DNA from: Octopus sinensis
Lineage: Eukaryota
Assembly (NCBI RefSeq): GCF_006345805.1
Contig: NC_043001.1
Location: forward strand, 83,762,001 to 83,826,000
Length of the DNA stretch: 64,000 bases
Reading direction: 5' to 3'
Shown: piece after piece, positions 1-13,589 of the stretch
How positions within the stretch are numbered: the stretch's first letter is position 1
How the letters are laid out: every line of letters starts with the position of its first letter
Notes under the pieces: model-generated
What the model was told of the DNA's origin: nothing
What the model saw: only the letters and a program-made list of their open reading frames with translations
Databases searched by the model: none
Made by a program: the position numbers and the translations under genes

Positions 1-3
1 TAC

Positions 4-67
<64 letters not shown>

Positions 68-520
68 GCATACATACCGATCTACCTACCTACCTACCTA
101 CCTATTTTACCTACCTGCCCTTGTCTCTCTATCCACCTATCTACTCACAAAGTCAGCACCCTTTTCACCTCACCTACCAACCCCCCTGCGCCTACCTATC
201 TATCTATCTACAACTGCACCAATCTACCACACCACCTACCTACCTACCTATCTACCTACCTACCTACCTACCTACCTACCTACCTACCTACCTACCTACC
301 TACCCACCTACCTACATACCTACCCACCTACCTATCTATCTATTTGTTTACCTCTCTATCTTACCTCTCTACCCACTTATGCCTACCACCCTTTTCATTT
401 TACTCATAACAGTCCATCTATTCCTACCCACCTAACTACCTATCTGTCTACCTGCCTATCTTTCTACCTACCTACCTACCTACCTACCTACCCAGCAAAC
501 CATCCATTTAGCCGTCAAGG
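1..520. repeat. (TATC)n/(TACC)n compound microsatellite
   Basis: Visible tetranucleotide runs; explains the YLPT-repeat ORFs. Confidence 0.95.
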
Positions 521-769
521 CCTGCATGCATTGCTCTGTCTACCTGTCCATCAGTCTACCTGTCTGTCTGTGTGTATCTAGGTATGGTGCAGTAACAAAA
601 GTATCGATCGCAGTCGATGAAAGATCAATCACCCGCTTTAGTATCTGGTGTCCCTAACGTGGCAAACACTCGTCAGAAAGCGATTAACTGATCGAATGCC
701 GACCGATCTATCTAATTACTAATGCACGCACATCTGTTTCACGTACAGCACCGCTACAATAAGCACCAC

Positions 770-1500
770 CACTAACACCACCACCACCACCACCACCACC
801 GCCGCCGCCACCATCACCGCCGCCGCCGACGCGACCAGCTACAGCCAACAGCACCACCACCACCACCACCACCACCACCACCAACGCCGCCGCCGCTATC
901 TCATCCGTCGTAATCATCATCCCCGTCATCACAATCTACATTTACTGCAGTCGCCACTACCGCCACCACCGCCACCACCGCCACGAGCGCCACCACCACC
1001 ACTACCGCCGCCACGAGCGCTACCGCCGCCGCCGCCATCATCATCATCATTAGCTTCCACTGTCCTAGAGCTGCTACCTGACGCTTACACAGCAGAACCA
1101 CCTGTCGCCAGCACCGCCACCACAACTAACACCAGATGCCGCCAGCATCGCTGCTGCAATCACAACACCAAACACTACGACAACGACGACCACCACCACG
1201 ACGATCACGACAGCTGTTGCTGCTGCTGCTGCTACTTTCACCACCACCACCACCACCACCAACAACAAAAACAACACCCCACCACCATCATCACTCATTT
1301 GTAGTGCAGCAAATGCCACTACAATACACCACTACGACCACGACCACCGCCATCACCGCCACCACCACCACCACCACACCACCACCACCACCATCACCAC
1401 CACCATCACCATAATGATCTTCGCCGCCGCCGTCATCACCACCACCACGATAATCATCGCCGCCGCCGCCGCCGCCACATTGCAATTACTGCAGCTATGC
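770..1500. repeat. GC-rich CAC/CGC/CAT trinucleotide low-complexity tract
   Basis: Runs of cac, cgc, cat, gct; ORFs are homopolymeric with no recognisable domain. Confidence 0.85.
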
Positions 1501-1854
1501 ATCCAACTACCACCAGTTGGTATTGGCGGTTCATTGATCGATGGTGACTGGTGGTTAGAGGGAGTAGAAGTGAGAGGTGAGTCAGTGTGTTCGAATGAGA
1601 AGCATGCTAGAACTCACACACTAACATTCACAAACGCGCACATACGAGCACGCACTCACACTCACACACACATAGGCATGTCATGTTATATAAATCGTAC
1701 AGAAGTCGAGTGTGTGTGTGTGTGTGCTTGCGTTATACAGAAGCGTTTAAATATAGGTATATTGATAGATAGACACTAGACAAACAGATGATAGATACCT
1801 ATATGCATATATACACACACAAACATACATCTCACATGCAAGTAGATACTTTGA

Positions 1855-2533
<679 letters not shown>

Positions 2534-3040
2534 ACAAGGAAAAAGATAGATGACGCGTTATTTGAACCTTGCTAGTTATCCTACAATTGCTACGTTGGTA
2601 TCTAACAATTTATCACGTTAGCTAGCTAGTTAGCATGTCATCTATCTATCTAGCTTGCCCGGTGACTTGCTACGTAGCTAGCTAGCAAGCAAGCAAGCTA
2701 GCCGGGATAAATTGCTAGCTGGATGAAGGGGAAAACAAAACAAAAAAATGATAAATATATGTGTATGCGTGTGTTTGTATTAAGATGAGGAAGAGAACAG
2801 AGGAGAGGGAGAGAGAGCAGAGGAAGCTGGAAAGTGTTTTGCAGGTTGGCTCTGCAAGAAATCTGTTGCTGCTAGCTGCTACAACAGGGGTTACGGCTGC
2901 TGCTGATGATGTTGCTGTATTTTGTTGATGGTGGAGATGGTGGTGATGTTGTGAGGGGTTTTATTGACGGTGCGTGCCTGTGGTGGTGCTGGTGGTAGAG
3001 TTTTGATGCTGGTGTAATGATGTTGGTATTGTGACGATGA

Positions 3041-3955
3041 AAGGCGGCGAGCTGGCAGAAACGTTAGCACGCCGGGCGAAAGGCTTTGCGGTATTTCGTC
3101 GCCGAGGTCGACTTTGCCTTTCATCCTTTCGGGGTCGATTAAATAAGAACCAGTTACGCACTGGGGTCGACATAAACGACTTAATTCGTTTGTCTGTCCT
3201 TGTTTGTCCACTCTGTGTTTAACCCCTTGTGGGTAGTAAAGAAATAGAAATAGGTATTGTGACGATGAAAGGCGGCGAGCTGGCAGAAACGTTAGCACGC
3301 CGGGCGAAATGCTTTGTGGTATTTCGTCCGCCGCTGCGTTCTGAGTTCAAATTCCGCCGAGGTCGACTTTGCCTTTCATCCTTTCGGGGTCGATAAATTA
3401 AGTACCAGTTACGCACTGGGGTCAATGTAATCGACTTAATCCGTTTGTCTATCCTTGTTTGTCCTCTCTGTGTTTAGCTCCTTGTGGGTAGTAAAAAAAT
3501 AGGTATTATGACGATGATGGTGACGATGATGATGAAGCTTGCTGATGTTGTTGTTTAGCTCCTGGTCACATACCCTCGGTCGAAGCAGAATTCTATGATC
3601 AAAGTTACTGAACACAAAACTAGTTCAAATTCCGTTCTGAGTTCTGAGTTCAAATTCCGCCGAGGTCGACTTTGCCTTTCATCCTTTCGGGGTCGATAAA
3701 TAAAGTACCAGTTACGCACTGGGGTAGACGTAATCGACTTAATCCGCTTGTCTATCCTTGTTTGTCCTCTCTTGTGGGCAGTAAAGAAATAGGTATTTCG
3801 TCTGCCGTTACGTTCTGAGTTCAAATTCCGCCGAGGTCGACTTTGCCTTTCATCCTATCGGGGTAGATAAATTTAGTACCAGTTGCGTACTGGGGTAGAT
3901 CTAATCGACTGGTCCCCTTCCCCCAAATTTCAGGCCTTTGTAGTAGAAAGGATTA
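3041..3955 (+). mobile_element. Cluster of 3-4 full or partial copies of tRNA-derived SINE family A
   Basis: Head GGCGGCGAGCTGGCAGAA (A box), GAGTTCAAATTCC (B box), central GCCTTTCATCCTTTCGGGGTCGATAAA; same unit recurs more than 15 times in the window. Confidence 0.9.
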
Positions 3956-4369
3956 TTTAGTCACAGGTCATCATTGATCGATTATCATTGATAAAAAGTG
4001 GTCAAGACATAACAGTCCAGTTCCCCACTCCACCTGTCTTTATTCAACGCATTATTCTATTTTAAGTCGGTAGAGTACGATTTGAGGGAGACCCGACTTT
4101 TATTTCTTGCGGATCGATTGAGCACGTAGGTGCATCCTTTATAAGAGTGCGTAAATGTTTATGAGTGATTACGAAACTAATCTTTTCCTTGTTTCGGTCG
4201 TTGCACTGCGGCCATACTGGGGCACTGCATGAAGGGTTTCAGTCGAACGAATCGAACTCATTTCTTCAAAGTTTGGTACTTATTCTATCAATTCTTTAGT
4301 ATCGAACTGCTAAGTTACGGTGACGTAAACAAACCAAGGCCGGTTTCCAAGCATTGGTAGCAGACAATC

Positions 4370-4427
<58 letters not shown>

Positions 4428-4511
4428 ACATACACACATACACTTATATCTATTAATATTTAGCAGAAGTAACAGAGTGATTGTTGTTGTTGTTTGTTCC
4501 TTCTCATAAGG

Positions 4512-4775
4512 GCCGGTTTCCCGGTTTCTTGGCGTATAGGTTCCCCACCTTGACGGGACGCCGGTCCGTCGCAGGTGAGCTGCAAGATGCAGGAGGAAAG
4601 AGTGAGAGAAAGTTGTGACGAAAGAGTCAGCAGAAGTTTCGCCATTACTTTCTGCCGGAGCCGCGTGGAGCTTAGGTGTTTCGGTCATAAACACACACAT
4701 CACCCGGTCTGAGATTCGAACCCGCGATCCCTCGACCGCGAGTCCGCTGCTCTAACCACTAGGCCATGTGCTTCC
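4512..4775 (-). mobile_element. SINE family C copy (C head with D-like tail)
   Basis: Reverse-complement homology to 5357-5625 and 7620-7969; tRNA-like head. Confidence 0.75.
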
Positions 4776-5106
4776 ACTAACAGAGTGATTCAAAGTCCGA
4801 AAGCTTCGTGCGCGAAACTCTCTAGAGTCACTCTGTTACTTCTGCTAAATATTAATAAAAAAATATACATATACTCATATTTGAGTTCTAGTTTTTCTGT
4901 TTGCACCAACATACATATAAACATATATACAACAGGCTTCTCAAATGATTATCAAATCCACTCACGAGGCTTTGGTTGGCCCGGGTCTAAAGCAGAAGAC
5001 ACTTGTCCAAGGTGCTACGCAATGGGAGTGAGCCCGGTACTTCTTACCAAAGAGCTACGCCTGAAAATATCCAAATGACTAAATGTGACTGTCTATGTGA
5101 CCAAAA

Positions 5107-5356
5107 GTGGAGGTGTGTGGCTTAGTGGTTAGGGTGCCAGCATCATGATGTAAGATTGTGGTTTCGATTCCTGGACCGGGCGACGCGTAGTGTTCTTGAG
5201 CAAAACACTTTATTTCAGTTGCTCCAGTTCACTCAGCTGGCAAAAATGAGTAACGCTGCGATGGACTTGGCGTCCCGTCCAGCTGGGGAACACATACGCC
5301 CTTGAAACCGGGAAACCGGGCCCATGAGCCAGGCTAGGCTTTAAAAGGGCGCATTT
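5107..5356 (+). mobile_element. tRNA-derived SINE family D
   Basis: TGGCTTAGTGGTTAG A box and TTCGATTCC B box; homologous to 38683-38947. Confidence 0.85.
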
Positions 5357-5625
5357 GGAGGCGCAATGGGCCAGTGATTAGGACACGCGGTCGGAAGATC
5401 GTGGTTTCGCTTCCCAGACGTTGTGCGTGTTTATTGAGCGAAAATACCTAAAAGCTCCACGAGGCTCCCTGTTGTACTCTTTCTCCACAACTTTCTCTCA
5501 CTCTCTTCCTGTTTCTTGAGTGACGCTGCGATGGACTGGCGTCCCGTCCAGCTGACGGGAACACATATGCCGTAGAAACCGGGAAACCGTGCCCATATGC
5601 CTGGTTAGGCTTGAAAAGGGCGACG
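5357..5625 (+). mobile_element. SINE family C copy (C head with D-like tail)
   Basis: GGAGGCGCAATGG head; homology to 7620-7969 and to the family D tail. Confidence 0.75.
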
Positions 5626-5647
5626 TTTATCGTTATGTGACCAAAAG

Positions 5648-5757
5648 GGGATGCCGAAAAGTTCCTTGTCTTTAAGGGTGTCGCGAAAGGCCTGGCTGGA
5701 GGTCCTCCTGTATTTTCTATTACCCAATGCCAAGAACTTTTCAGTCCACCCTCGTAT
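5648..5757. mobile_element. Internally deleted mariner-type MITE
   Basis: Homologous to 62491-62711 (aagggtgtcgcgaaaggcctgg; ends cagtccaccctcgta). Confidence 0.6.
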
Positions 5758-5994
5758 GCTTATGTCTGTGTGCATGCGTGCACAGAGAATGAATAAGTGC
5801 AAGTGATACAAGCTCAGCGTGAAATAATCGATGATTGGCTAAGCTCATGAAGAAGAGAGAGTAGTGGGGGGGGGGGGAGAAATAAGTCAAATGTTGACCT
5901 GTGAAAGTTAGACAAAGGACGACATATTTGTGGTGGTAGGACAGGAGGTGGCGATTAGGTGATTCTTGAATTTACACACACACAGGGAGGCACG

Positions 5995-6126
5995 TAGATG
6001 CAAAACAAAGCCGATGAATAGTACTCGAATACCAAAGGTGGAGCATCATTCTTTTTATTAAAGCCGAAAATATCTTCACAAACTGTTACATAGGGTTTCA
6101 CGTTATCGTTCTTCGGACAGTTGTGA
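5995..6126 (-). ncRNA. Diverged copy of the hammerhead-bearing repeat; core CCGAAGA, probably inactive
   Basis: Minus strand: TCACAACTGT-CCGAAGA-ACGATAACGT-GAAA-CCCTAT-GTA-ACAGTTTGTGA; flank homologous to the 18433-18586 unit. Confidence 0.7.
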
Positions 6127-6152
6127 TCATACTAAAAAAGTATATATATATA

Positions 6153-6341
6153 TTCTTTTAACTGTTTCAGTCATTTTGAGTGCGGCCATGCTAGAGCACC
6201 GCCTTTAGTCGAGCAAATCGACCCCAAGACTTATTCCTTGTAAGCCTAATACTTATTCTATCGGCCTCTTTTGCTGAACCGCTAAGTTACGGGGACGTAA
6301 ACACACCGGCATCGGTTGTTAAGCGATGTTGGACACGGACA

Positions 6342-6389
<48 letters not shown>

Positions 6390-6546
6390 CGACAGGCTTC
6401 TTTCCGTCTACCAAATCCACTCACAAAGCTTTGGTCGGCTGGGGGTTATGGTAGAAGACACTTTCCCAAGGTGCCACGCAGTGGGACTGAACCCGGAACC
6501 ATGTGGTTGGTAAGTAATCTACTTACTACACAGCCACTCCTGCGCC
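6153..6546 (-). mobile_element. tRNA-derived SINE family B (CORE-SINE-like) with internal microsatellite
   Basis: Head GGAGTGGCTGTGTGGTAAG...GGTTCAGTCCC; full family copies have a TTGGGCAAGTGTCTT CORE-like block; tail GCGGTGCTCCAGCATGGCCGCAGTCAAATGACTGAAAC. Confidence 0.9.
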
Positions 6547-6616
6547 AATATATACACATATATATATGTGGATATGTGCATAATGCATACAAACACATAT
6601 ATCGCCTCTACATGTC

Positions 6617-6654
<38 letters not shown>

Positions 6655-6664
6655 CATGCGTGTG

Positions 6665-6723
<59 letters not shown>

Positions 6724-7142
6724 TGTGTGTGTGTACGCGCGTGCGTGTGTCTAAGAAAAAGTTCTCTTGAATTCAACCAGAACAAAAATGAAACTGTAAA
6801 CGTCTGGAAAGGCCGAATATGAATTTAGGGCCATTTTTTTTTACAGCTAGTTTGTTGCAATAAACTAGTAAGGAAATGCAGAAGATTTAAAATAAAAAGA
6901 TAAATCTTGAACGCATTTGTGGACCTAACAGAACACACATACATACACACAATATGTAAATACGATCCAGGAATCCGTGTGTAGGAAGTTTGTAAGCTAC
7001 AAGCAGTAGGCAGCTAGCAGTGAGAACAAAAGTGGACATTACACGAAAGGATATATAACAATTTATTCGCATTACAATTCACTGTCAGTAACAAATGCCT
7101 TAAAAATGTGAATAAAATTCCAAATTCAAATAGATAAAATTT

Positions 7143-7516
7143 GGATCTTTACTTTTTGACCTACAGATTTAAAAAATACTGCTGTTGTTTGTCAACAAGA
7201 ACTTCCGGCGGTGTATATTTCGTTTGTCACTGTTATTTATGATAACCCTAACCCTAAAACCCTAACCCTAAAACGTTAACCCTAACCCTAACAAACAACG
7301 GCAGTAATTTTATTCAGCTGAATACACGTCATTGATTGGTTGAAATTACCTAAATACGAGAACTTTAAGGTGAAATATATTCGTAAATATAAGTTTTTCT
7401 CAAAAATGCTGAGTAAAACATGTTTTATATGACCCATTCTACCAGTGTCCGAAGTTTGAAAGTGTTTAGTTACAAAAAATTATTTTTAAAATCTGTAGGT
7501 CAAAAGGTAAAGATCC
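7143..7516. mobile_element. MITE with 28-bp TIRs and internal CCCTAA repeats
   Basis: Left GGATCTTTACTTTTTGACCTACAGATTT vs right reverse complement GGATCTTTACCTTTTGACCTACAGATTT (1 mismatch); internal homology to 25062-25979. Confidence 0.85.
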
Positions 7517-7619
7517 TAAACTTTTAGTTAAAAAACATATATTAAGAAACCCATGTAGCTTACATCTTACCTGTTCCACTCCTTTAAATTTTGGATCTAT
7601 CTATCTATCTATCTATCTA

Positions 7620-7969
7620 TCGGTTGCGACGATGAGGGTTCCAGTTGATCCGATCAAGGGAACAGCCTGCTCTTGAATTTAACGTGCAAGTGGCTGAGTA
7701 TTCCACAGACACGTGTAATCTTAATGTAGTTCTCGGAGAGATTCAGCGCGACACCACAGTGTGTGACAAGTACTACAGAAACAGGAAGAAAGAGTGAGAG
7801 AAAGTTGTGGTGAAAGAATACAGCAGGGTTCGCCACCACCCCTGCCGGAGCCTCGTGGAGCTTTAGGTGTTTTCGCTCAATAAACACTCACAACGCCCGG
7901 TCTGGGAATCGAAACCGCGATCCTACGGCCACGAGTCCGCTGCCCTAACCACTGGGCCATTGCGCCTCC
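7620..7969 (-). mobile_element. SINE family C, near full length
   Basis: Minus strand begins GGAGGCGCAATGGCCCAGTGGTTAGGGCAGCGG with GTTTCGATTCCC B box. Confidence 0.85.
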
Positions 7970-8049
7970 ACATATATGTATGGTGATATGAAAGGAAATA
8001 GAGATTTGGTTTTCTGTGTATACATACATACATACAGACAGACATACAT

Positions 8050-8590
8050 GGTGGCTGCCCCTCGTTGTCGAGTATGGCCATTGCACGAAGCTTAATCAAT
8101 GTTGTTATCGTGCAATGCCTGTGCAAGAAGATTTTTTTTTAAAGTGAAGAAAGGCTGTGCACTAAGTCAATCCCACTCACTAAGCAACAGCAGCCATAAT
8201 CCGAAAAGAAGAACAAGTCAACATCATCGGTAACCACTGAGCCGCAGTTTTATGTCGGAGTTATCATAGTTACCTGAGTTACCTTCTCCTAGAAGGATGC
8301 CCTAACAAAGGCTAGGAGTCCTTCACTCCCAATGGTTTAACCGCGCGATCGGGTATTCAGTCCGATTATTTCTATGTCTCTGCGCATGATACAGCCTTAA
8401 GACATTTATTAGATGGCCGTTGACTCTCAAGGGTTCCTCTGCCCTTTGACGGGTTTTGTTTTTCATCATGCAGGGTGTCCAATAAAAACACCCTCCTCAC
8501 CAAGCAAGCTTGGTGGGGTTGCCGGTTTAGTCGCCGACGACCCGACCATGCAACAGATTGTACTGGGTTACATGTTACCAGTAGCACTAC
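8050..8590 (-). mobile_element. Internally deleted RTE-clade retroposon (5' UTR-like part joined to 3' end)
   Basis: GGGCATCCTTCTAGGAGAAGG resembles RTE/BovB 5' regions (from memory); 3' end translates AILDNEGQP, like RTE ORF C-termini. Confidence 0.5.
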
Positions 8591-8860
8591 ATACATACAT
8601 ATATATGTATAAACTTTATTATTTCTAAATCTCTCAACGAGAGAGGTACAGTAACAGTACTTTAAAGTAATGATTATTTGTCAGCATAATGTGGCAGTCC
8701 CGGTTGGGATGAATATTATTGTTGTTTTAGCCCCAGGATACATCGTCTTCAGCTGGCTATTCCACACACATCTGTGTCTTTATATTTTAGAACAGGGGAG
8801 CTTAGCATTCCCACTCAGTACAAAGTAATACCTATCCATTCATCCATCCATCTATCTATC

Positions 8861-9410
8861 TGACGGGAAGGAAGAGCTATTTTCATCACACTTGAGGCTA
8901 TGGCGAAAGAATGTATCTGGCGGACGCGTCTGAAAGGATTAGAGACAAACACTTTCCTCTCTGGTCAATCTCTCATCAAGGAAAGTGAGAGTAGAGAGGC
9001 AAGTTTTGTCTAGCGAATGTTTAAAAAAAAGATGGGTGAATGTAGCAAGGATGGCACGTATGAATGAAGCCACCTTGAGCATGATCCCATGAATCCGGAA
9101 AAATTTAAAACAGAGAGTTAATTACTTGCAAATAAATGTGTTAACATGTGACATTACTGACCGAGGTTACCGTGGTCTTTTCCGTAGGCTTTTCTTTCCA
9201 CAGACAAACCTTATCTGTTTCCCCCTTTATACTTTACGTCATGACATTTCTGTGATACATGATCCCTATTGATCGTTTTTTTTCTTTCCTTTTTACGATC
9301 CCTTTTGATCGAAAACCTACTCCACTTTTTTTTCTCCCCAAAAAGAAAAGCTCTACTTTGTAATTTGTCCCGTCAGTGTTCAGACCTGTGTGGCTAATAA
9401 AGAAACATCT
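8861..9410 (+). mobile_element. 3' end of Tx1/L1-clade LINE (ORF2 C-terminus, 3' UTR, AATAAA)
   Basis: Translates TGRKSYFITLEAMAKECIWRTRLKGLETNTFLSGQSLI...KKRWVNVARM, homologous to the 51088-51327 ORF; AATAAA near 9397. Confidence 0.75.
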
Positions 9411-9729
9411 ATCTGTCTGTCTGTCTGTCTGTCTATAATATAAAAAAAAAAGAAGACACAGATTTATTTATACATTTTCTTCAACCGTTTTCAAATTATT
9501 CACATGACTGTGTAGAATAAATTATTGAAATATATTTGTCTCCAACTTTTCAAATTTAAGTATATAGAGTCCACAACAGCAGCAAAAAAAAAAAAGGAAA
9601 AAGAAAGGGAACATATTTACACATCTCAGAGGGAAGAAAAACGTGTAGAAGTATTTTAATAAGTTTCTTCAGACATTGCAGGATTAATACAAGTTATCTT
9701 TAACCTTCATTTTTTATTTTTTGTTGTTG

Positions 9730-9920
9730 TCCAAGGGAAAGGCAAAGGCCGATACAGCTTGGCACCAGTGACGTCACAACTCATTTCTTACAGATGAGTG
9801 AACAGGAGCAACGTGAAATAAAATGTCTTGCTCAAGAACACAACACACAACCCGGTCCAAGAATCGAACTCACTACCTCACGTTTGTAAGCCTGACACAA
9901 ACCACTGAGCCATGCACCTT
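9730..9920 (-). mobile_element. tRNA-derived SINE family F
   Basis: Homologous to 36123-36358 (ttggcaccagtgacgtc; gaatcgaact; ccactgagccatgc). Confidence 0.75.
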
Positions 9921-10044
9921 AACATACATATGTATGTACGTAATACATACATACATGCATGCGTACATACAGACAATACGAGCTTCCACACAGTTTCCAT
10001 TTGACAAATTCACTCACGAGGCATTGGTCAGTCCGAAACCTATA

Positions 10045-10231
10045 CTCTTTTACTCTTTTACTTGTTTCAGTCATTTGACTGCGGCCATGCTGGAGCACCG
10101 CCTTTAGTCGAGCAAATCGACCCCAGGACTTATTCTTTGTAAGCCTAGTACTTATTTTATCGGTCTCTTTTGCCGAACCGCTAAGTGACGGGGACGTAAA
10201 CACACCAGCATCGGTTGTCAAGCGATGTTGG

Positions 10232-10313
<82 letters not shown>

Positions 10314-10489
10314 CATCTACATATACATATATACGACGGGCTTCTTTCAGTTTCCGTCTACCAAATCCACTTACCAGGCTTTGGTCGGCCCGAGGCCATG
10401 ATAGAAGACACTTGCCCAAGGTGCCACGCAGTGGGACTGAACCCGGAACCATGTGGTTGGTAAGCAAGCTACTTACCACACAGCCACTC
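10045..10489 (-). mobile_element. SINE family B
   Basis: Family consensus from tail through most of the head. Confidence 0.9.
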
Positions 10490-10844
10490 GAAGACACCCA
10501 AGGTTCAGTACAGTGCAGTAGGACTGAAACCGAAACTGCGTCGATCGCGTATGCACGCACCCTACCCCTTTACACTTGTATGAGTATGCGTATGTATTTA
10601 TGTGTGTATACTCATATAGACGGATGAAGACTCCACACGAGTTGTATAGATTAAGTATTGTGTTTGTAACCTAAATGTGCTGCGTTACTCTAAGTCGTAG
10701 AGACTTATAAAGCACAGCTGTTCGTCATGTTGTTATCGATCTGTAACAGACAATAAGTTGAGCTCTTTATGCCAAACAAATTTAAATAAAAAATGATGTT
10801 ACATACACACACATCATATGCACATACCCCCCACCCCACACACA

Positions 10845-11078
10845 CATATTCTTTAACATGTTTCAGTCATTTGACTGCAGTCATGCTGGAGCACCGCCTT
10901 AAAGGATGTTACTTGAAGAAATCGACACCAGGACGTATTCTTTGTAAGCCTAGTACTTATTCTATCGGCCCTTTTTGCCGAACCGCTAGGTTACGAGGAC
11001 ATGACATAAACACAGCAGCATTCGTTGTCAAGCGATGGTGGACACACACACACACCCACACCACACACACACACACAC

Positions 11079-11126
<48 letters not shown>

Positions 11127-11632
11127 CGACGGGCTTCTTCCAGTTTCGTGTACAAATTCATTCATTCACAAGGCTTTGGTCGGCCCCGAGGCTTATAGCA
11201 CACCGCAGTGGGGCTGAATCCGGAATCATGCGGTTGGGAAGCAAGATTCTTATTTCTTTATTTCCCACAAGGAGCTAAATATAGAGGGAACAAACAAGGA
11301 CAGACAAACGGACTAAGTCGATTATATCGACCCCAGTGCGTAACTGGTACTTATTTAATCGACCCCGAAAGGATGAAAGGCAAAGTCGACCTCGGCTGAA
11401 TTTGAACTCAGAACGTAGTAGCAGACGAAATACATATTCCTTTACTACCCACAAGGGGCTAAACACAGAGAGGAGAAACAAGGACAGACAAAGGGATTAA
11501 GTCGATTATATCGACCCCGAAAGGATGAAAGGCAATGTCGACCTCGGCGGAATTTGAACTCAGAATGTAGCGGCAGACGAATACCGCTCAGCGTTTCGCC
11601 CGGCGTGCTAACGTTTTTGCCAGCTCGCCGCC
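10845..11632 (-). mobile_element. SINE B copy followed by nested or adjacent SINE A copies
   Basis: Homology to both family consensuses on the minus strand. Confidence 0.8.
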
Positions 11633-11896
11633 TTCTTACCACACGACTATGCATGCTCCTATAGTATACCAAACACCGTGTGATCAATACAACGTGCGCT
11701 TTGGACTAGTCCCTAGGCGTTAAATACTCGTAAGGTTTAAATATAACGTTTGTAGAAAGCATAAATCCAGAGAAGATGCACATTCTTAGATGTAGAGTAA
11801 TATATATTTTACTACAGAAGGCCGTTTTATGGGAAACCCAGTGTAATCCCCCATAAACCAGCCTTCCCAAGTAAAATATATATGTATATGTGTGTG

Positions 11897-11938
<42 letters not shown>

Positions 11939-12969
11939 TTGTTATTATGCAAAAGCCTCTTAAGTCCAAAACGTTGCTTTTTCAGAAAACAAAAAAATAG
12001 TTTCACCATTCCATAGCAAAACCGTTGTACTACACTTTGACAACTTTTGATATCTTGGCATCTGAAGCAGCTGGAGATACAATAGTTAGACCAAAAGAAC
12101 CAGCTTATTGTAAGCAAAAATAGATACTGAAAAAACAAACGCATTTGGCCATATTTGGACATAGGACAGTTTAGCATAATAGCAACGATAGTAAATATAA
12201 GAGCAGTTATATCACCTTGTTTGACACCACAACAAAAGGTGGGAGCATTTTCACGGATTTACAACCCGTGTTCTCATGTAATCACAAAGGGACGTGATAA
12301 TAATGTGAATTTATCACAGGACAAGCAGTTTTTCTGACAATTGTAATTGTCCATACGGCACCTCAAATTACTGAAGGAAGGACCTTAAGGATGAGTGAAG
12401 TAGATGGAAGTTAATTCTCTCCTCCATGCATTTTTCTTGCTGTCGAAGAACAGAAAATCCATGATGGACAGTGTCATATTACATGAGAGACAGAGAGGGA
12501 GGTGTTGTGATGGTGGGGAGAGAGAAGGTGGTGATGATGGAGAAGGGGTAAGGAGATAGAAAAGGGTGGTGAAGAGAGAGCAGTAGCAATGAAGAGGGAG
12601 CGGTGTGAGAGAAGGAGAGAGCCGTAGTGGTGTTGGAAATAGAGAAAGAGAGAGATATATATATATAGAGAGAGTAAAGAAACGATGAGGGAGAGCGTCT
12701 GGAATGGTGGTGGTGGGGGGGAGAAAAATAGTTGTAGAGATAAGGGTGGTGGAGAGAAAGACAGGGTAGTGGAAAAATGTTGATTTAAATAAAGACAGAG
12801 AAAGAAAAAAAGAAAGAGAGAGATATGGGAAAGAGAAACAGAGGGTGTGAGAGAGAGAGAAAAAGAGAGAAAGAGAGAGAGAGAAAGAATGCGCAGTGAA
12901 ACAATGAAAAACATGCGTACGGAATTTGTAACTGATGTCGCTGTTAGGAAGTCATAGAACTGCATATAT

Positions 12970-13067
12970 ACTTATATATACATACATACAAACATATATA
13001 TATACTTAGACATACACACACATATATATATATACTTTTTACACACACCCACACACATCATACATAC

Positions 13068-13122
<55 letters not shown>

Positions 13123-13321
13123 CACACATATATATTAGATATATGCACAGACAAACATATACATACATATATATATATGTATATATTCTATATATATACA
13201 TTAGAAACACACACACATTATACATATAGATATATATTATATATACTTATACATATATATATATATATATAATAGATTCACACACGCACATACACACACA
13301 TATATATATATATATTCATAT

Positions 13322-13356
<35 letters not shown>

Positions 13357-13550
13357 CACACACACACTCAGATACATATATATATACATGTATTCATACA
13401 TACTTTTATGTATATATGCTGTTATATGCATTCACACATTCACATATATATATATATAATATATCAAACTGCATAAATGTACTCACACAAATGTAAGTGT
13501 ATGTATATGTGTGCGTATGTATGTATGTATGTATGTATGTATGTATGTAC

Positions 13551-13589
<39 letters not shown>

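Noticed and set aside
3031-3425. Recurrent ORFs such as GELAETLARRAK...RLCLSSFRGR and TPVRNWY...RPRKDERQSRPRRN
   Set aside because: Read-through of SINE A on either strand; the repetition reflects SINE copies, not a protein family.
6316-6546. tRNA-like sequences with A and B boxes (many sites)
   Set aside because: SINE heads continuing into SINE bodies; no complete cloverleaf gene could be supported.
7245-7295. Interstitial telomere or chromosome-fusion signature (also 24050-24100, 25835-25880)
   Set aside because: Short degenerate blocks lie inside TIR elements, not in true telomeric arrays.
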